Counted from the stretch's first letter, positions 1 through 12,814 are shown. The stretch: DNA of 64,000 nt from Anthoceros angustus (GCA_010909165.1 MU008183.1:62001-126000), one strand, 5' to 3'. Numbers and translations are program-made. Notes: a model not told the origin generated them from the sequence alone.

Positions 1-309
1 ATGCAATGAAAGTACGTCATGATGGATTGGTGTATACCCTTTCAACTGGGTAGAAGATACTTAGAAAAAAAGAACCCTAAAGCGGAAAGTACTAAGGTAA
101 AATGAGAAAAGCTCGAACACCATAAAGTCATAGTAAAACTTTTGCTAGTAATTTTTGCTAAAGAGAGAAAAGAGAGCTATAAGTCGTGGGTGCATTGGGC
201 AACGTTCTATCGCGGCAAGACCTTACGGCCTTTGGTCTGGCCGAGGCGGGTGCGCTCGCCCAGCCCCGCTCCTTCACCCTTTGAACGCAGCGGGCGCAAG
301 ACCTAAGCA

Positions 310-760
310 GGCCGGCCCGGCCTCGACCGTTTTCCTGCGGACGCCCTCCCGTCAGTTCCCTAATACTTGGGTGCAAAAGGAATGCGTAAAATAGGGCCCT
401 ACACCAAGCAGTCTCGGCTGCCCGGCCTCGACGCCGGTAACGCCACCAAACATGTCACAAAGTTCCCCGAATACTTGGGTGCACAAAGGAATGCGTAAAA
501 TAGTTCACAGTTCATCATGACAGCGTGATCAGCTTGACAAGGGCTGCCACCAAACATGTAATCGGAAGCTTTGATCACCCAGCGGCGATCGGTCCACAGT
601 GCTTCGAGAATCCTCGGTAGATGGCCATCTTCCCGCCCCTTTCGTCGTTCATCATCAACAATCTTGTGAACGCCATTGGCACCTGAATGGAAACTTTTGA
701 ATAAATCCCCATCTGTCCACACCGCTTCCCAACGATGGCCATCTTCCGTCCCCTTTCGCG
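310..760 (-). repeat. Degenerate ~105-120 bp tandem repeat region, overlapping a short ORF with a GGSPCQ motif
   Basis: aatacttgggtgca(c)aaaggaatgcgtaaaatag at ~362 and ~471; gccaccaaacatgt at ~442 and ~546; gatggccatcttcc..ccctttcg at ~620 and ~734. Confidence 0.7.
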
Positions 761-1039
761 GAAGACCTTCAGCCCATGTCGGGCCCCAGATCTTACACCA
801 ATCGGTTGCCGCCACCCAACTTTATCCGCCATTCCTCTCGGATCCCACCCGGCTCTGGCCCCTGTACACTGAGGTGCTTGCCTCGCCTCTTGGCGGAGGT
901 TTGGACCCCCATGTACACTTCTACCACTCGCATTGTAGCGGGGTCCACTTCTACCACTCGCGTCTGGCAAGAAGCAGGGAGGGGAGCACTAGGACGGAAG
1001 TGGTCCCTCGGGTCCAACTCTAGCATGGCCATCCATCAA

Positions 1040-1410
1040 GTGTAACATCTTGTCCATCTTGTCCATCTCGACAATATCATTCCAACCAAGAGCGCCCGAT
1101 TTCTTTTCCCCTTTCTAGCATCCCGCTCCGACGAGGGTGCACGCCAACGAGCCAGGTTTGGGAACCTCCACTGTCCTTCCTTCACGACAACCCACGCCCA
1201 CCGTCGTTGAAGCCAACGCTACGCTCAGCGAAAAAGCGGGTCACAAGACAAGATAATGCCCGTGGCGCCACCATAAGTCGCATTGTCCAGCTTCGCCGGC
1301 TCAAGATGGGCAAAGGGTCCACATGTTCAACAAGGAACACTTGGGCAACAAAGCAAAGTCGCCATGTGAAGAAGAGGCACAAAATACCATGTCCAACACG
1401 CCTCATGACA
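1040..1410 (-). pseudogene. Possible C-terminal (DUF4216-like) remnant of a CACTA TnpD, followed by an acidic tail
   Basis: FVAQVFLVEHVDPL...WTMRLMVAPR resembles the QVF(Y)V-D...W-VV...PR end of DUF4216. CACTA-type tagtaaaac repeats lie downstream at ~130-150. Confidence 0.35.
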
Positions 1411-2529
1411 GCGATTGATTCATCCAGCGTCTAGCCTTCATCACGGGACAAAAGACATCATGGGCTCGAGGGGCGTTGAGTCTGAGTGGTGTCCAGGAAG
1501 TGTGTCCTAGCGGACCGCATTCCAATAGGCGAACGGCCGTATCGAAATCGCCCACATCCGCCATGCAGTGTTGAAGACAAGCCGAATTGGCAAGGAAAGC
1601 CTAGTCGCAATTGCACTCGCAGGGAGGGGAGAGAGAATGCGGCGATCGCCAAAAATCAAGTCCTCACATTAAATGGTGCGCGCCGTAGTTGGCGGGCGAG
1701 TGATGGTGGATTGCCGCAGTAATCGATGGAATGAGGTGGCGGTGGATTGTAAAGGGGCGAAACACATAAATGCAGTGACGGCGAGAGCACACACACGGAG
1801 GCGGCGGGCGATTGGATTGAATTGCTCAAATAGTGCGTAAGGGAGGTCAGACACGGGGAGGACGCGGGGCGCCCGGTCCGGGCGTGCTCTCGATAGTGAA
1901 ACCCTAACTGCGCTGCGGCGAAAGACACGACACAAGGCCACACGTCCCACCACACGGGCATCACTGGAGTGGCTCGTGGAGCTGGGAAGTTGAGCCCTCG
2001 ATAGGGCGAAGGACGGCCCAAATGAGGTGCGAACACGAGGATGGTTGGAGGGTTGCACACTAAACACTGCAGGAATGGATTCGCAGACCTGCGCCAAGTT
2101 CAGCCTCTGGGTACACAACAATAAAATGAGGATGGGGCCGCTTCCTAAATCGGCTGAGACCGACTGCACACATCAACTAATTGCTTCCGGCAAGACGGCA
2201 CGGAATGGGAACATTCAATCCGACCAGATAGCAATGGTTCGATGGCAGGAGGAGGACGGCGTGCAAGCGATGCGTAGTAGTGTCCGCAGACGAATGACGC
2301 GCTGTTGTGGTTGATCGACTTGGTTGGGCTGACTGAACCTTTACACATGAGGTCATGCCTCTCATTAGATGCCCGAGCGACCACCTCCGATAGCACAGAT
2401 GGTAGGCCGGCCACCATGTTGGATGCCGGTCCAAGGAAGGCCCTCAACAAACATCGGTGTTTATGTAATATTTGTTATGAATATGGAGCGTCATGAGCCT
2501 CCATTTTTGAGGGCATAACGCCTTCTCGA

Positions 2530-5400
2530 ATGCCCCCTGCTTTGGGTTCTAGACACCAACACCCCTATACCATACCGGAAACGCCCCTCGAAATTAGAAA
2601 GGGTTCATGGATTCCGCCATTTGGGTCTGCCGACTCCATCAAGTGCACCAAGCGCCTTGTCACGGTCATGGCGAGGGTGCATGCTGATGGACGCCACCAG
2701 AACTTGAGAACCGGATGGGGTGGACGCGAGTAACTTGGAGGTGGCGGGGCTAAGCTCGGGGCGACTATGGAGAGTCAAGGCGGAAGCGTTTAGCTTGAGC
2801 CTCATATACTGTGAGCACAGGCTCTTTTGGCAAGGGCGGCAATGGAGGAACAGAGGGACTCACTGTGAGAGCCTTGCAGCCAGAGAAACACGGCAACAAG
2901 TGAGCGCCGAGCCGTGGTTCCCGTTCAGACGCCATCCGCCTGTGGAAGGGAAGCGCAGGTGGAGAGGTGATGGCGCTACCAATGAGGTAAGGTCGGTTGC
3001 TACGCACGGACGGTGATACACAACCGAGGGCGGGGTCCGGCCTGATAATACGCAATCAAGGGGGAAGCCAACTAGGGTTGGAGCAACGGGCCAAGGTCAT
3101 TGGCGCATACAGAGGATGGGGCCTCAGGGCGACTTCTGCGGCTGCAGTAGGAGGGGGCGAGGAGGCCGGAGCGTGATAAGCCACGCCACCCACCAAGCAC
3201 TCTCCAATGGGATGCAAAGAGTTTTCGGCCGGGGACGGAAGCTTTGCCGGGCACCGCGCCATAGTTCGGGCCACCCCACGTGAGTGGGTGTTGGACCTAC
3301 CGGCATAATGACGATGCGTAACGCGCTGGTTTGTGGGACTGGTTCGATGGGTTCAAGACAAGACCCGAGGCGGCTCTCTCAGCGAAACAGTGAGTCCGAA
3401 TTCAAATGTCGAGTGGCGGGGCATTGGTTGTTGAGGGTAACCGATGTGTGTAGAATCGCTTAAGATGGGTTTTTCTTGATGGCACCACCACAACGACTTT
3501 GTGTTTCCACCGCCACGGAGGGGAGGCCGAAAGTCCGCCGGGGATTGCGCGATTGCAATTTCTTGCTCGAGTCCGGGCCGGAGGAATTGGGAGGACGAGC
3601 CCGGTTGGTAATGGGGCGTGGATGCACACGACGGGATGGCATCATGGTGGAAGGTGAGGCGCACGAGGAGTTCAACGCGTGGGAGGAGGAGGACGGTGCG
3701 CGCCACCCGACATGGAGGAGGATGACCCCAATGGAACCCGAGCTAAGGCATCCAACAGGGATTCCCCGATGCCTGTGGGTGCTCGTGAGATGCTGCGCCC
3801 GTGTGCAAGGACGGGTTGCGAGGTGGTGCGACCGCAAAGCGCTTGGGGAGGTGCGAAGCTACCGATAAGTCGACATGGCCACTGAAGGTGACCGTCGCGG
3901 CACGTATGTGCCGCGGCACAGGGGACCGCAAACATGTCCAAGAACGGGGGGCCGCTTGGGGAGGGAGAAGGCGCAATGGAAAAGAGGATAAGAGCTAGTG
4001 GCCAGCAAGCTTTACATTCTTGAAGTGCTGGACCAAGCACCTCCGTAGCTCCGCTTGGAGCTCATAGATCTAGTGGCTGAGGAATTTCCAAGTGTGAAGA
4101 ATGGTCAGAACCAAGTTTTCGAATTGCATACGGCACGATGCTACAACCATCCGAACAGAGTGAAGAAGGCTGCCAGATTCTCCGGACGACCCAGAAGCGG
4201 GAACCAAAGGCGAAGCCAAGGGTGAGCCGGACGTGGTGGCCTCGCTGAATGGGGGTGGAGCAATACACAAGGCAATGGGTATGGCCCCTTGTCAAGAATG
4301 GCGCCCGCTGAGGCGCAGGTCGAGAAGCATGGGTCCGCGGGACGAACCCATTTGGAGAGGTGGGGGAACGGACTTTCGGCTACGGTTTGAGGGGCTATAT
4401 GGGTGACCCCAAGTGTACGAAACAATTTGGGGGCGAAACATGGTGTGGAGAAGATGGAGCAAAGATCACATGACGGGTGGGAGACCGTAAGCATGCACCT
4501 GGGCGGTGGATGGACCCTCACGGGCCATTTGTGCTTGACCGGCTTTTATACATCAAGCTTCTTTGTACAGCGAAGCCCACGGAGATGGACACCGAGCTTG
4601 ACCAAGCATGGGTAAGTGCTATCCAAAATCGAGTCTTTGCGCCTAATCACCAACATCCGACTTTGCATGCCCTTTTATGCATCGTGGGAGGGATCAGAAG
4701 ATCCACACGGATGCATCGCAATGGTAATGGTCTTGGACTTGCAAACCGGTCGAACGTAAGGGATAGAGACTTTGCATATCTATTGTGGTAGGAAGAGTGA
4801 TCCAACGAAAAACTTGTCCGCTTGACAAGGGGCGGAGGAGGCAAGTCCAGAACTCGTAAACGGTAAGAAGACAAAAAAGGATCACACAAATACACATCGA
4901 ATGGGTGGTCCGGATTCAATAGTCAATCACAATCCTTGTGGATTGCATGAACAAGAATGCGATGGGGCCTCCACAGTGTGTTTTGTGGGCCGGAGCCAAT
5001 GACAGGAGGGCTGAAGTTTCCACACTTCAACCTCGAGGGGGAAGCGCCCAACAAATTCCGCGAGCTTGCACGGGTGAGTCGCAATGTGAACGGTCGAGGA
5101 TGTAGTGCCATATTTGGGGTAGACTTCTTATCATTGTCGGCGGTGGACGCAAGGAGTGAGAGGCACCAATTGATCACGTGATGTAATGAGGCGGCGGGAG
5201 ACCGTCACCGTGGGACAAGAGTTCCCAAAACCCAAATGTACACGTCCACCCGAGAGTCACCAAGGCTCGCGGGAAGGCGGCGGGGGAGGAGCCAGTGGAG
5301 GGTGACAGCCGATCGCTTACCTAAATTTGGGGAGCACAGGAGGAAGTGAAGAGGAAGGAACCTTCGACGAGGCTTCGGCAGTTTCGAGGAAGGGAAGCAA
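2530..5400 (+). pseudogene. Long fragmented coding-like region of unknown function upstream of the Gypsy gag
   Basis: Chain of plus-strand protein-like fragments that become longer in copy 2 (15894-16283, 17323-17538, 17519-17752, 17691-17942). No family recognised. Confidence 0.4.
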
Positions 5401-6899
5401 CCGATGAAGCTGCACCAGAGTGTGAAGGAGCAATGAGGATGTAACCGCCAGAGACCGCCAGATTGAATATGTGGCGCTTAGTGACCCGCATCCGGCAGCA
5501 GTCGAAATGTGTCCGAGCATGCCGACTACACCGCTTTGTTTAGTGGAGTCGCACTTTGCACACCAATGATGTATAACATTGATATAACTGCTGGTCCGAA
5601 TTAGGCTTGCGCTAACGCTATTCAAACCGGCAGGGCGTGATGCTCCGCCACAAATTAAACGACAAACCCGGCGGGCCGAACGCGTGATGCAATCGTGGCG
5701 TGAGCGTGGATTTGATATGTCGACCGCCCTGCGCACAAAGCGTATCAAATGTCGCAGCAAGTGGGTCGTCGAGGACGTAATCAAGGAACAAAGGTACAAA
5801 GAAACTCCAGAAGCGAGTCGACCGCCAGCCCTCATGGATGGACAAATGGGTGATGGATTTGAGATGGACGCCGCTCGAGCCCAATCAAGGCCCCGGACGG
5901 CTCTTCGTATCGGCCCGCAAGAACGGAGGGGGCCCACCGAGGTCGGCCGCGTTTCAACCGCAGCCGGCGGGCTGGGAAGTAGTCCGGACCAGGGCGGCCG
6001 TCGCACGCACTTCGCTCGAAAGTGCCGTCATTCATTTCCGTGCACGCGGTTTCAATGACTTGTATTATGACGGAAACCCATCCCACCCTCCGCATCATTA
6101 GCAAGGCCGAATCGTTTGTCTTATTCCATGAACGATCACAAACCAAACGCTGTGTTGTAGTGATGCGGCGTGAGTTGTGAGGATGGCCGCGAATCGCGTG
6201 GGTAGCGGTGTCGAATCGTGATCACCCGTAGTTGCAAGCGAGTTGTTGGAGCCGCGCCGGTGGCACGCCCGCCTTTCGTGAGGGGTGCCGGCACCGCGAG
6301 GGTACCCGTGATTCGGTAAGAGAAGGCGCATAAGCACTTAGGCAAGATAAGATAGCAAGCAGCCAAGGCAGCGAGCGGATTGTCGATGTTTGTTCTAGAG
6401 CACGGCAATGGATCCCAACGTAGCATAACGGAAGTTTCCTTGGACAAATGGCTCTTGGAAGTGTAGATGAGCGATTGGATCCTACATCCAAGTCAAATGA
6501 AATTTTGCACATCAAGAATCCCTTGAGTCGATCCGCGGCGGCGACAAAGGTGGTCAGACTTAGCCAAAGAGGTGAAGGGAACTCAAGGACGCTGCTGTAT
6601 GACGGTGGAGCATGAGCAAGTCCATGGTGAATCGTGATGAGGGTGTCAGAGACTACTCGTGTTGTTTTTATGCGTCGGTCCATTCTCGCATTTAGCTGCC
6701 TAGCGTAACTAGAACCCGCATATTTGTGGCGTAGGTTGTGGATGAAGTGATTGACAAACCGTCATGGTTGGCTGATTGACTAAGGGGGAGCCAACACTAA
6801 CTTTGATGACATGCCATACATAGTTTCTCGCAGAGGAAGGGATTGGTAAGGTAATGGTGTTTCATGGTCCGGTGGACAAACGAGTTTACTCCTACTCGA

Positions 6900-7600
6900 A
6901 GCTGAAGCTCACACAATATCCTCACCATAAGCCAAGTGGTCGATTGAGAGGGTAGTCCCATCCGATCCATAGCATTTGAAGAGAGTGGTAGGAGTCGAAT
7001 GGAATACGAGATAGCGCCTAGTAAAATGATGTGTTCACCGGACATGGCAAAGATGTCGTCGATTTTGAGGAAAAGTTCGTGGGCAATCGATGAGATGGTG
7101 CTCAAGTACAAGTCCAATTCACGCCCGAAATGGCACTAAGGAAGATGAGCACGCTTTCTTGCAGAGAGGCACCGACTTGCTACCGGATCGCAAGGATCGA
7201 TCTTGCGGATGCGCTCGCCAGGCAAGAATGGCCAAGAAGATGTTGAAAGCGATGAAGAGGAGGAGTCGCCCACACAACCGATGCCATGCACGTGGACGAA
7301 ATGTTCTCCAAATTGGAAATGTTTCCGTAGCCTCTATAGAGAAGATCTGAGTTCACCATCAAGCCCAACGAACCTCGGATCCGCCTATTTGAGGTCGAGG
7401 CAATCGGTGAAAGACACGCGTGAAGACGATGCGAAGCCCGATCTATATACCCGGAAGACAAAGAAGAGTGATTGCTAATTTCCGCATGATGCATGGTGCC
7501 GACTACGAGCTAGAACAAGCCTATGAGATGGCCGAACGGGTCATGAAGGGCGACGCGTGACAAGTGCATCGGGAGGAGCAAACCGGTGAGAGGACAAAGA
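6900..7600 (+). pseudogene. gag: Gag (capsid-like) region, frameshifted
   Basis: Position upstream of the protease, plus Gag-like fragments WKCFRSLY, YLRSRQSVKD..YTRK and ELEQAYEMAE. Confidence 0.5.
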
Positions 7601-8329
7601 AAGATGCCATGAACAACCCAAGGTTTCAAGGAAGAACTACGCACAGCACTGAAGTGAACACGCGAATTCCCACCAAGGAACACGCAGCACCCACCAACAA
7701 AGCCACGGAAATGTCTGCAGGGGGCCGCAAGGCCTTCGAGTGTGAGTATCGGGTTGGGGGACGAAGGAGAAGGAGCAATGCCGAACGTGCCAAAACCGGA
7801 CATACGGAAGCAGCATGTTGGTGCTCATCCCGAATTTAAGCCAAAGGGGGTGGAACGGATGTCCGCCAAGGCAAAATCAACGGAGGGTACACCGAAAGCG
7901 CTGCTGAGGTGCAGGCAAGAAAAGCTAGCCATGAGTGTAAGCACGGGAAGCTTGCTATCACCGAGGATTATGATTCGGATCCGAGGTGTATGCGCTAATG
8001 GCCACGTCGCCGAGGATGAACGGACTAGCGACCGGGTGGAGCGGCAAGTAAGAAAGAAGGGTGAGAAAGGAATCACTCAAGATGCCCAATCTTTAGGCGA
8101 TGAAGAAGACCAGAGGAACGGACGTCAAGAGAAATCACCCAAATGAACTTATGCTCGAGAAGGTGATGGATGTGCCCGTGATGAGCTTGCGTGATCCGGG
8201 AGTCAAGACGCAAATTTAAGCCAGCTGAAGGCCTCGATACAAAGGAGTCGCAGGACGCGACCAGTGTCCGGATGCGCCACCACGGGGATCACAAAGCCAG
8301 CGCAGGGGCAAAGGAGGCATTGCCATGGT

Positions 8330-8620
8330 CAATAATCAAGGTCGGAGGTAACGGTCAACGGCTTTGCTCCGAATATGTTGGTAGATACAGCGCGACCCGT
8401 GTTGCTCGGGCACGGCATGTAACTCCATTATACGGGATAAGCTTAAGCCATGTGAAGTGCACATTACCACATCCGCAGGAACCAAGGAACGGGTGATGGG
8501 AATGACTCGTGAGCCAAGACGCATAGAGTTCAAGCCGTGCACAAAGGATGCCCCATCATCGAAGTTCATTGCTTGGTGTCTAACGCAAGGAACGATGTGC
8601 TACTTGGGGCTGATGCCACG
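8330..8620 (+). pseudogene. Retropepsin-type aspartic protease, frameshifted
   Basis: ttg gta gat aca g-c gcg acc at 8378 reads LVDT(G)AT with a 1-nt deletion. Downstream ITTSAGTKERVMG and an LLGAD-like motif near 8600. Confidence 0.7.
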
Positions 8621-9979
8621 CACGGCCCAAAGAATGGGGGTAGATGCACTGTAGCTTTTATAGGCGTGGCGGGATGGGGACTTCACACAAGTGGCCGTGA
8701 TCCGCTTGATATGAGGCGACATGCCGAAAGATCGATAGCATGATTGCATTCACGGCTCAGACGACATTGTGCATGCAAGTGGTGGGAAGAAACTCGTGAA
8801 CTCGCGGGAAGAGGAGCAGAGGAGCCAAAGCAAAGGGTGTATGTATGTAAAAACCCCTTGGCCGAAAGCTTTGGCCCGAGAGCTCACCCGACGCCAAAGC
8901 AGGTGTGGCAGCCACCGTGTGTGTCCGAAAAATGTTGCCCAGTTGGAGCAGATCGCTTTGAAGGATCAATACGGATGTGATTCGGTGGCAACTGACGAAG
9001 CGAGGTATACACCTCATGGAGCGTGTTCGTGGATCGAGCGGCTTGAAGCATTGAAGAGTGGAATGGTGAGGAAATACACGTGTGTTGAAGTGACGAGAAG
9101 GCACGCGAGCTAGGATTATCGGGATGCAAAGGGCGATCCCGGATTACTAAGCATGGAGGCGTGAAGGGATGTCGAGCGTTACCCCACGACGCCGATTGGT
9201 AGGGAAACGACGAAGCAGTGCCCGGCCATGTCACTGATGGGAATGCGTTTTTCCGTAGGTTGTGGAAAGGGTGACGGTGGAAGTGCAAGGGGATTGATCA
9301 ATCCATCCCACCGGTACTAAGAATGTGAGCATTCGATAAACGCGTGAACATGTGAGGAGGCTACGAGCTCGTGTTGGATAGGAGAGGAATTCATTTGATG
9401 CGCGAACGGGCTCATACACCGGTGCGGTTTTGGACAAACGTGACGTGTAGAGGTTCTCGGCAACACCGTGAGTTGACCAAACCGAGAAACGATATGTGGA
9501 TGACATCTTAGAAGAGGGCGCTCACGTGCGGAAGATGGACAAACCTCCACGATTTCAGAATAAGGTTGGGCCGAGAAGGGCTGGCCCACACTGTAAGGAC
9601 CGCAATCTTATGCCTTCGAGAGGCGGGACGTGGTGGATCTCTGGAAATGAGGTAGGTGAGCCCAAGGATGGAGCGAAAGGGCCATATGATGCGACGGACC
9701 ATCACGCGGGCATTTCAAACATATCGATGCAAGTTGTCGGGTCAAGCGCTTGATCCGACCGCTGCAATGGCTGTTGAACGGGTCCGCCACACAAATAGAT
9801 ATGTGCAAGGCGGAGAGGATATGCATCTATCGCTGCTTGAAGAAGGCGAGTTTCCAACAACACACAAAGGAGGTCATACGGCGAACATCGCAGGGATGTG
9901 ACAACACAAGAGAACAGACAGTGAACTCAACACATGAGTGGCGATATGCAAGAGTTAGAAGAAGCCGATCAACGTAAGA

Positions 9980-10830
9980 TTCGGGATACACAATGAACCG
10001 CACACCTTCGTAGAATACCGAAGGGCGGTATGATCGTATCAAGTTCAAGATCACCACTACCACCAATGAACCAAGATTCGACGAAAGACAGCCGAGTCCC
10101 ATGGAGTGGGACATTGTGGATAGGAGATGCAAGGAGGCGGACTAATCGGAAAGTCCACTCGCGGCATGTATCGTTGCCGTTAAAAAGGACGAGAATGGCG
10201 AATGGAACGACAGGAGGATGTGTGGAGACTATCGTGCTTTGAATGAGGTGACACCCATGGAGCGATATCCCATGCCAACGCCGGATGAAATCTTTGATGC
10301 CATTGCGGCCAAGTATTTCACTACATTGGATTTCCGTCGATTCAATCAAATAGTCATCAAGAAAGAGACAAGTGCAAGACCGCTTTGGGGTAAGGACCAG
10401 TGGGAGTGGGAAACAATGCCATTTGGTTTGAAAACGATCCATTTATTTTCGGTGGTGATTTGGAGTTACAGGAGCTGCTTGTAAGATGTTACATCGATGA
10501 TCATCTTAGTGTTCAAGAGTGAAGAACATCTCCAACACCTTGAGATTTTGCGCAAAGATTGGCCAAATGATTGAAGGCACACCCAAAGAAATGCAAGTTT
10601 GCTTACAAGGAGATAGAGTACTTGGGGCATAAGATAGTTCCGTGGGTGTTGCCTCACCGGCCAAGGTGCGGGCAATTGATCTCATGCCCGCCTAGAGACA
10701 TTGCCGCCTTTAAGGGCTGGGACTTGTCAATTACTACACGGCTTTGTCCGAAACATGAGCAAAGATATGCAAGGTAATCGTATGAATTGCTCAAGAAGGA
10801 GTGCCTTTGGGGACAAGAACAGAACGAAGC
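9980..10830 (+). pseudogene. pol: Reverse transcriptase (Ty3/Gypsy), frameshifted
   Basis: KKDENGEWNDRRMCGDYRALN, RYPMP, FTTLD, MPFGLK, YIDD (tac atc gat gat at 10490) and HPKKCKF..EIEYLGH. Confidence 0.95.
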
Positions 10831-10874
10831 TTAAGGTGAGTTGAAGAACCAGCTAGGAAAGGCCAATGCTCAAA

Positions 10875-11220
10875 AGGCCTGATTTTGATAAGCCATTTGT
10901 CTTATATACTGACCGGAGTGCGGTTGGTCTTGAGTCAGGCCTGCATGATGAAGAAGGAAAGGAGTTGTCGACATGCAAGGTCCAACAATGCTGCGGAAGC
11001 AAACTACTCATCGTATGAAGGGAATGCCCGGCAGCGCGGTTTTACATTTCGAGTGTATTTGTTTCGGAGCTTAACTTGTCACGATCATCAGCCCTTCACC
11101 GCTGATGACAAATATGAAATCGAGTGGAAAACTTGCCCGATGGGCGCCATCGCCGAATATGATATGTGCAGCCGAGGTAAAGTGCATCTCAATGCCGACG
11201 GTCTCGAGAAACCCAATGCG
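10875..11220 (+). pseudogene. pol: RNase H (Ty3/Gypsy), frameshifted
   Basis: PDFDKPFVLYTD, RSNNAAEANYSSYEG, DHQP, GKLARWA and HLNADGL. Confidence 0.9.
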
Positions 11221-11479
11221 ACAAAGGAGATGTGGATCGAGCAAGGCAGACTTTAAACTCATTCAAAGCATGCCCGCTATTACATGGCCCTAATGTCATG
11301 TCTGCAGAAGATGGAAGGCAACCCGAGGGAGGAAGAGACATATGGAAGAATGAGCAAGCTATACATTGCTACGGATGGATGTGTCCTGTATGGATGCCTC
11401 AAACAAAAACTACAACGGAAAATCGTCGTTATACACTTATGAAAACGGTAAGGTGTGGGTCACGGATCGTGGAGTGCTC

Positions 11480-12480
11480 AAGGAAGTACCACCCATAGGA
11501 GAAAGGAAGCAATTGGTGACTAAGGTACATGTCACGCTTGGCCACTTTGGAGTGAAGGACTCATCATATGTTGAAAATGCGACTTTTGGTCGGGTATGCG
11601 ACGCTGAAAAGGTGGTGGCCAAATGTGCCGCATGATGCAAAGAAGGCCGATTCACCACCAAGATATGGTGTTGCTGCTACCCATCGTGGGACTTTTCTTC
11701 GATGGTCTACGATCTAATGCCGAACTACCAATCACCGCAGGCAACAGACATTGTATGTTGATGATCGAACATTTCAAGTGGGTGGAGTTGGCCTTACAAT
11801 AAGTTCGCAATATACCGCACCGCTTTTGCAATGTGTTCTCGCAGTAGTGTCCGAGGTGTTGACGACCAAGGCAATGAGTTTCGAGGAGAGTTTCAAGCAC
11901 GCTGGATCAAGTCCGATAGATCAGCGAACCTCCCGGATCACCCTCAGTCAAGAGCGCAGTCCGACCTTCAAGGACTCGCAAATATTGTATGGAGATTGAG
12001 CCCGCTTTGGGACGAGCTATTGCCCTATGTAGCTCTAGGATACAATCGGTGGCGCGCTTGGTAACTTCCCTACTATATCATGTTTGGCCGAAATGCAATG
12101 CCCAACATAGTGGCATACTTATTCCAAGCCCGTGGATCGGGCACAGATCCTATGGGATGTTTGTTTGCAAGCAAGAGCAAAGCTGTTTAACGGTGATGCC
12201 AATGGCCATGGATAATCTTGCTATAGCCCAACATCGGGACCAACTTCGATATGCATTCTGTGGAGGATCTGGAAACCCAAAGCAAGGAAGTTTGAGGCGA
12301 CTTGTTACAAAGATCCCCTCAACTACTTTAGATGTGAGCATCGACGCTTGATCTGAGTAGTCCACGCTGTGAGCAAGGGGTGATTGAGTTGAAGGGCAAG
12401 ATGGGCGCCAAAAGAGCACATGCGCACACCGCACCGCATTTGCCCAATCGGACACAAGAACGCAACCGCAGCATGGAAAC
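11480..12480 (+). pseudogene. pol: Integrase (HHCC zinc finger plus DDE core), frameshifted
   Basis: VPPIGERKQLVTKVHVTLGHFGVK, MIEHF-KWVEL, DQGNEFRGEF, WDELLPYVALGYN and MDNLAIAQHRDQLRYA. Confidence 0.92.
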
Positions 12481-12497
12481 CACCGATTGATCCGCTT

Positions 12498-12617
12498 TGT
12501 GAGTTCTGCGTCACGCTATCGATCCCGATGATGTTGCTTTGTGACAAATGCAGAGGGTACCATTTTTTGCGACCGCCACTCGAACAATTCCAAGGTGAAT
12601 GGTTCTCACACCTGTGC
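12498..12617 (+). pseudogene. PHD finger at the integrase C-terminus
   Basis: CEFC...MMLLCDKC-RGYH--LRPPLEQFQGEWF-HLC matches the C4HC3 PHD pattern (LLCDxC..GxH..CL.PPL...P.G.W.C..C) with small deletions. Confidence 0.88.
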
Positions 12618-12814
12618 CAACCACAAGCAAATCAAGTGGTCAGCTGTCCAGTGCCTCATGAATGTTGCAAGTCCGCCAACCACGCACCCAATAGGGTCAA
12701 TTGCTAAAGAGCCCGTTTCGCAAGCTGCGCACAGAGTATGAGTGTGGTAGTGACAAAGTTGTTGATGGAAATACAAATGAGTGTTTGAAGCCCACACAGA
12801 AACGGGTCACACTT

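Larger units (their letters stand above)
6850..12814 (+). mobile_element. Ty3/Gypsy LTR retrotransposon internal region (gag-PR-RT-RH-INT-PHD), copy 1; LTRs not identified
   Basis: PR, RT, RH and INT motifs occur in Ty3/Gypsy order (see sub-features). Confidence 0.93.

Noticed and set aside
5317-6006. 229-aa minus-strand ORF
   Set aside because: No motif or compositional support, so it is not called as a gene.
6152-6162. gtgttgtagtg (also gtagtagtg at 2274-2282 and gttgtagta at ~41777) as CACTA termini
   Set aside because: Short matches with no partner TIR or TSD in the window.
5400-6850. 5' LTR and PBS of the Gypsy element
   Set aside because: No match to sequence after 30800 and no convincing tRNA-complementary PBS by eye.
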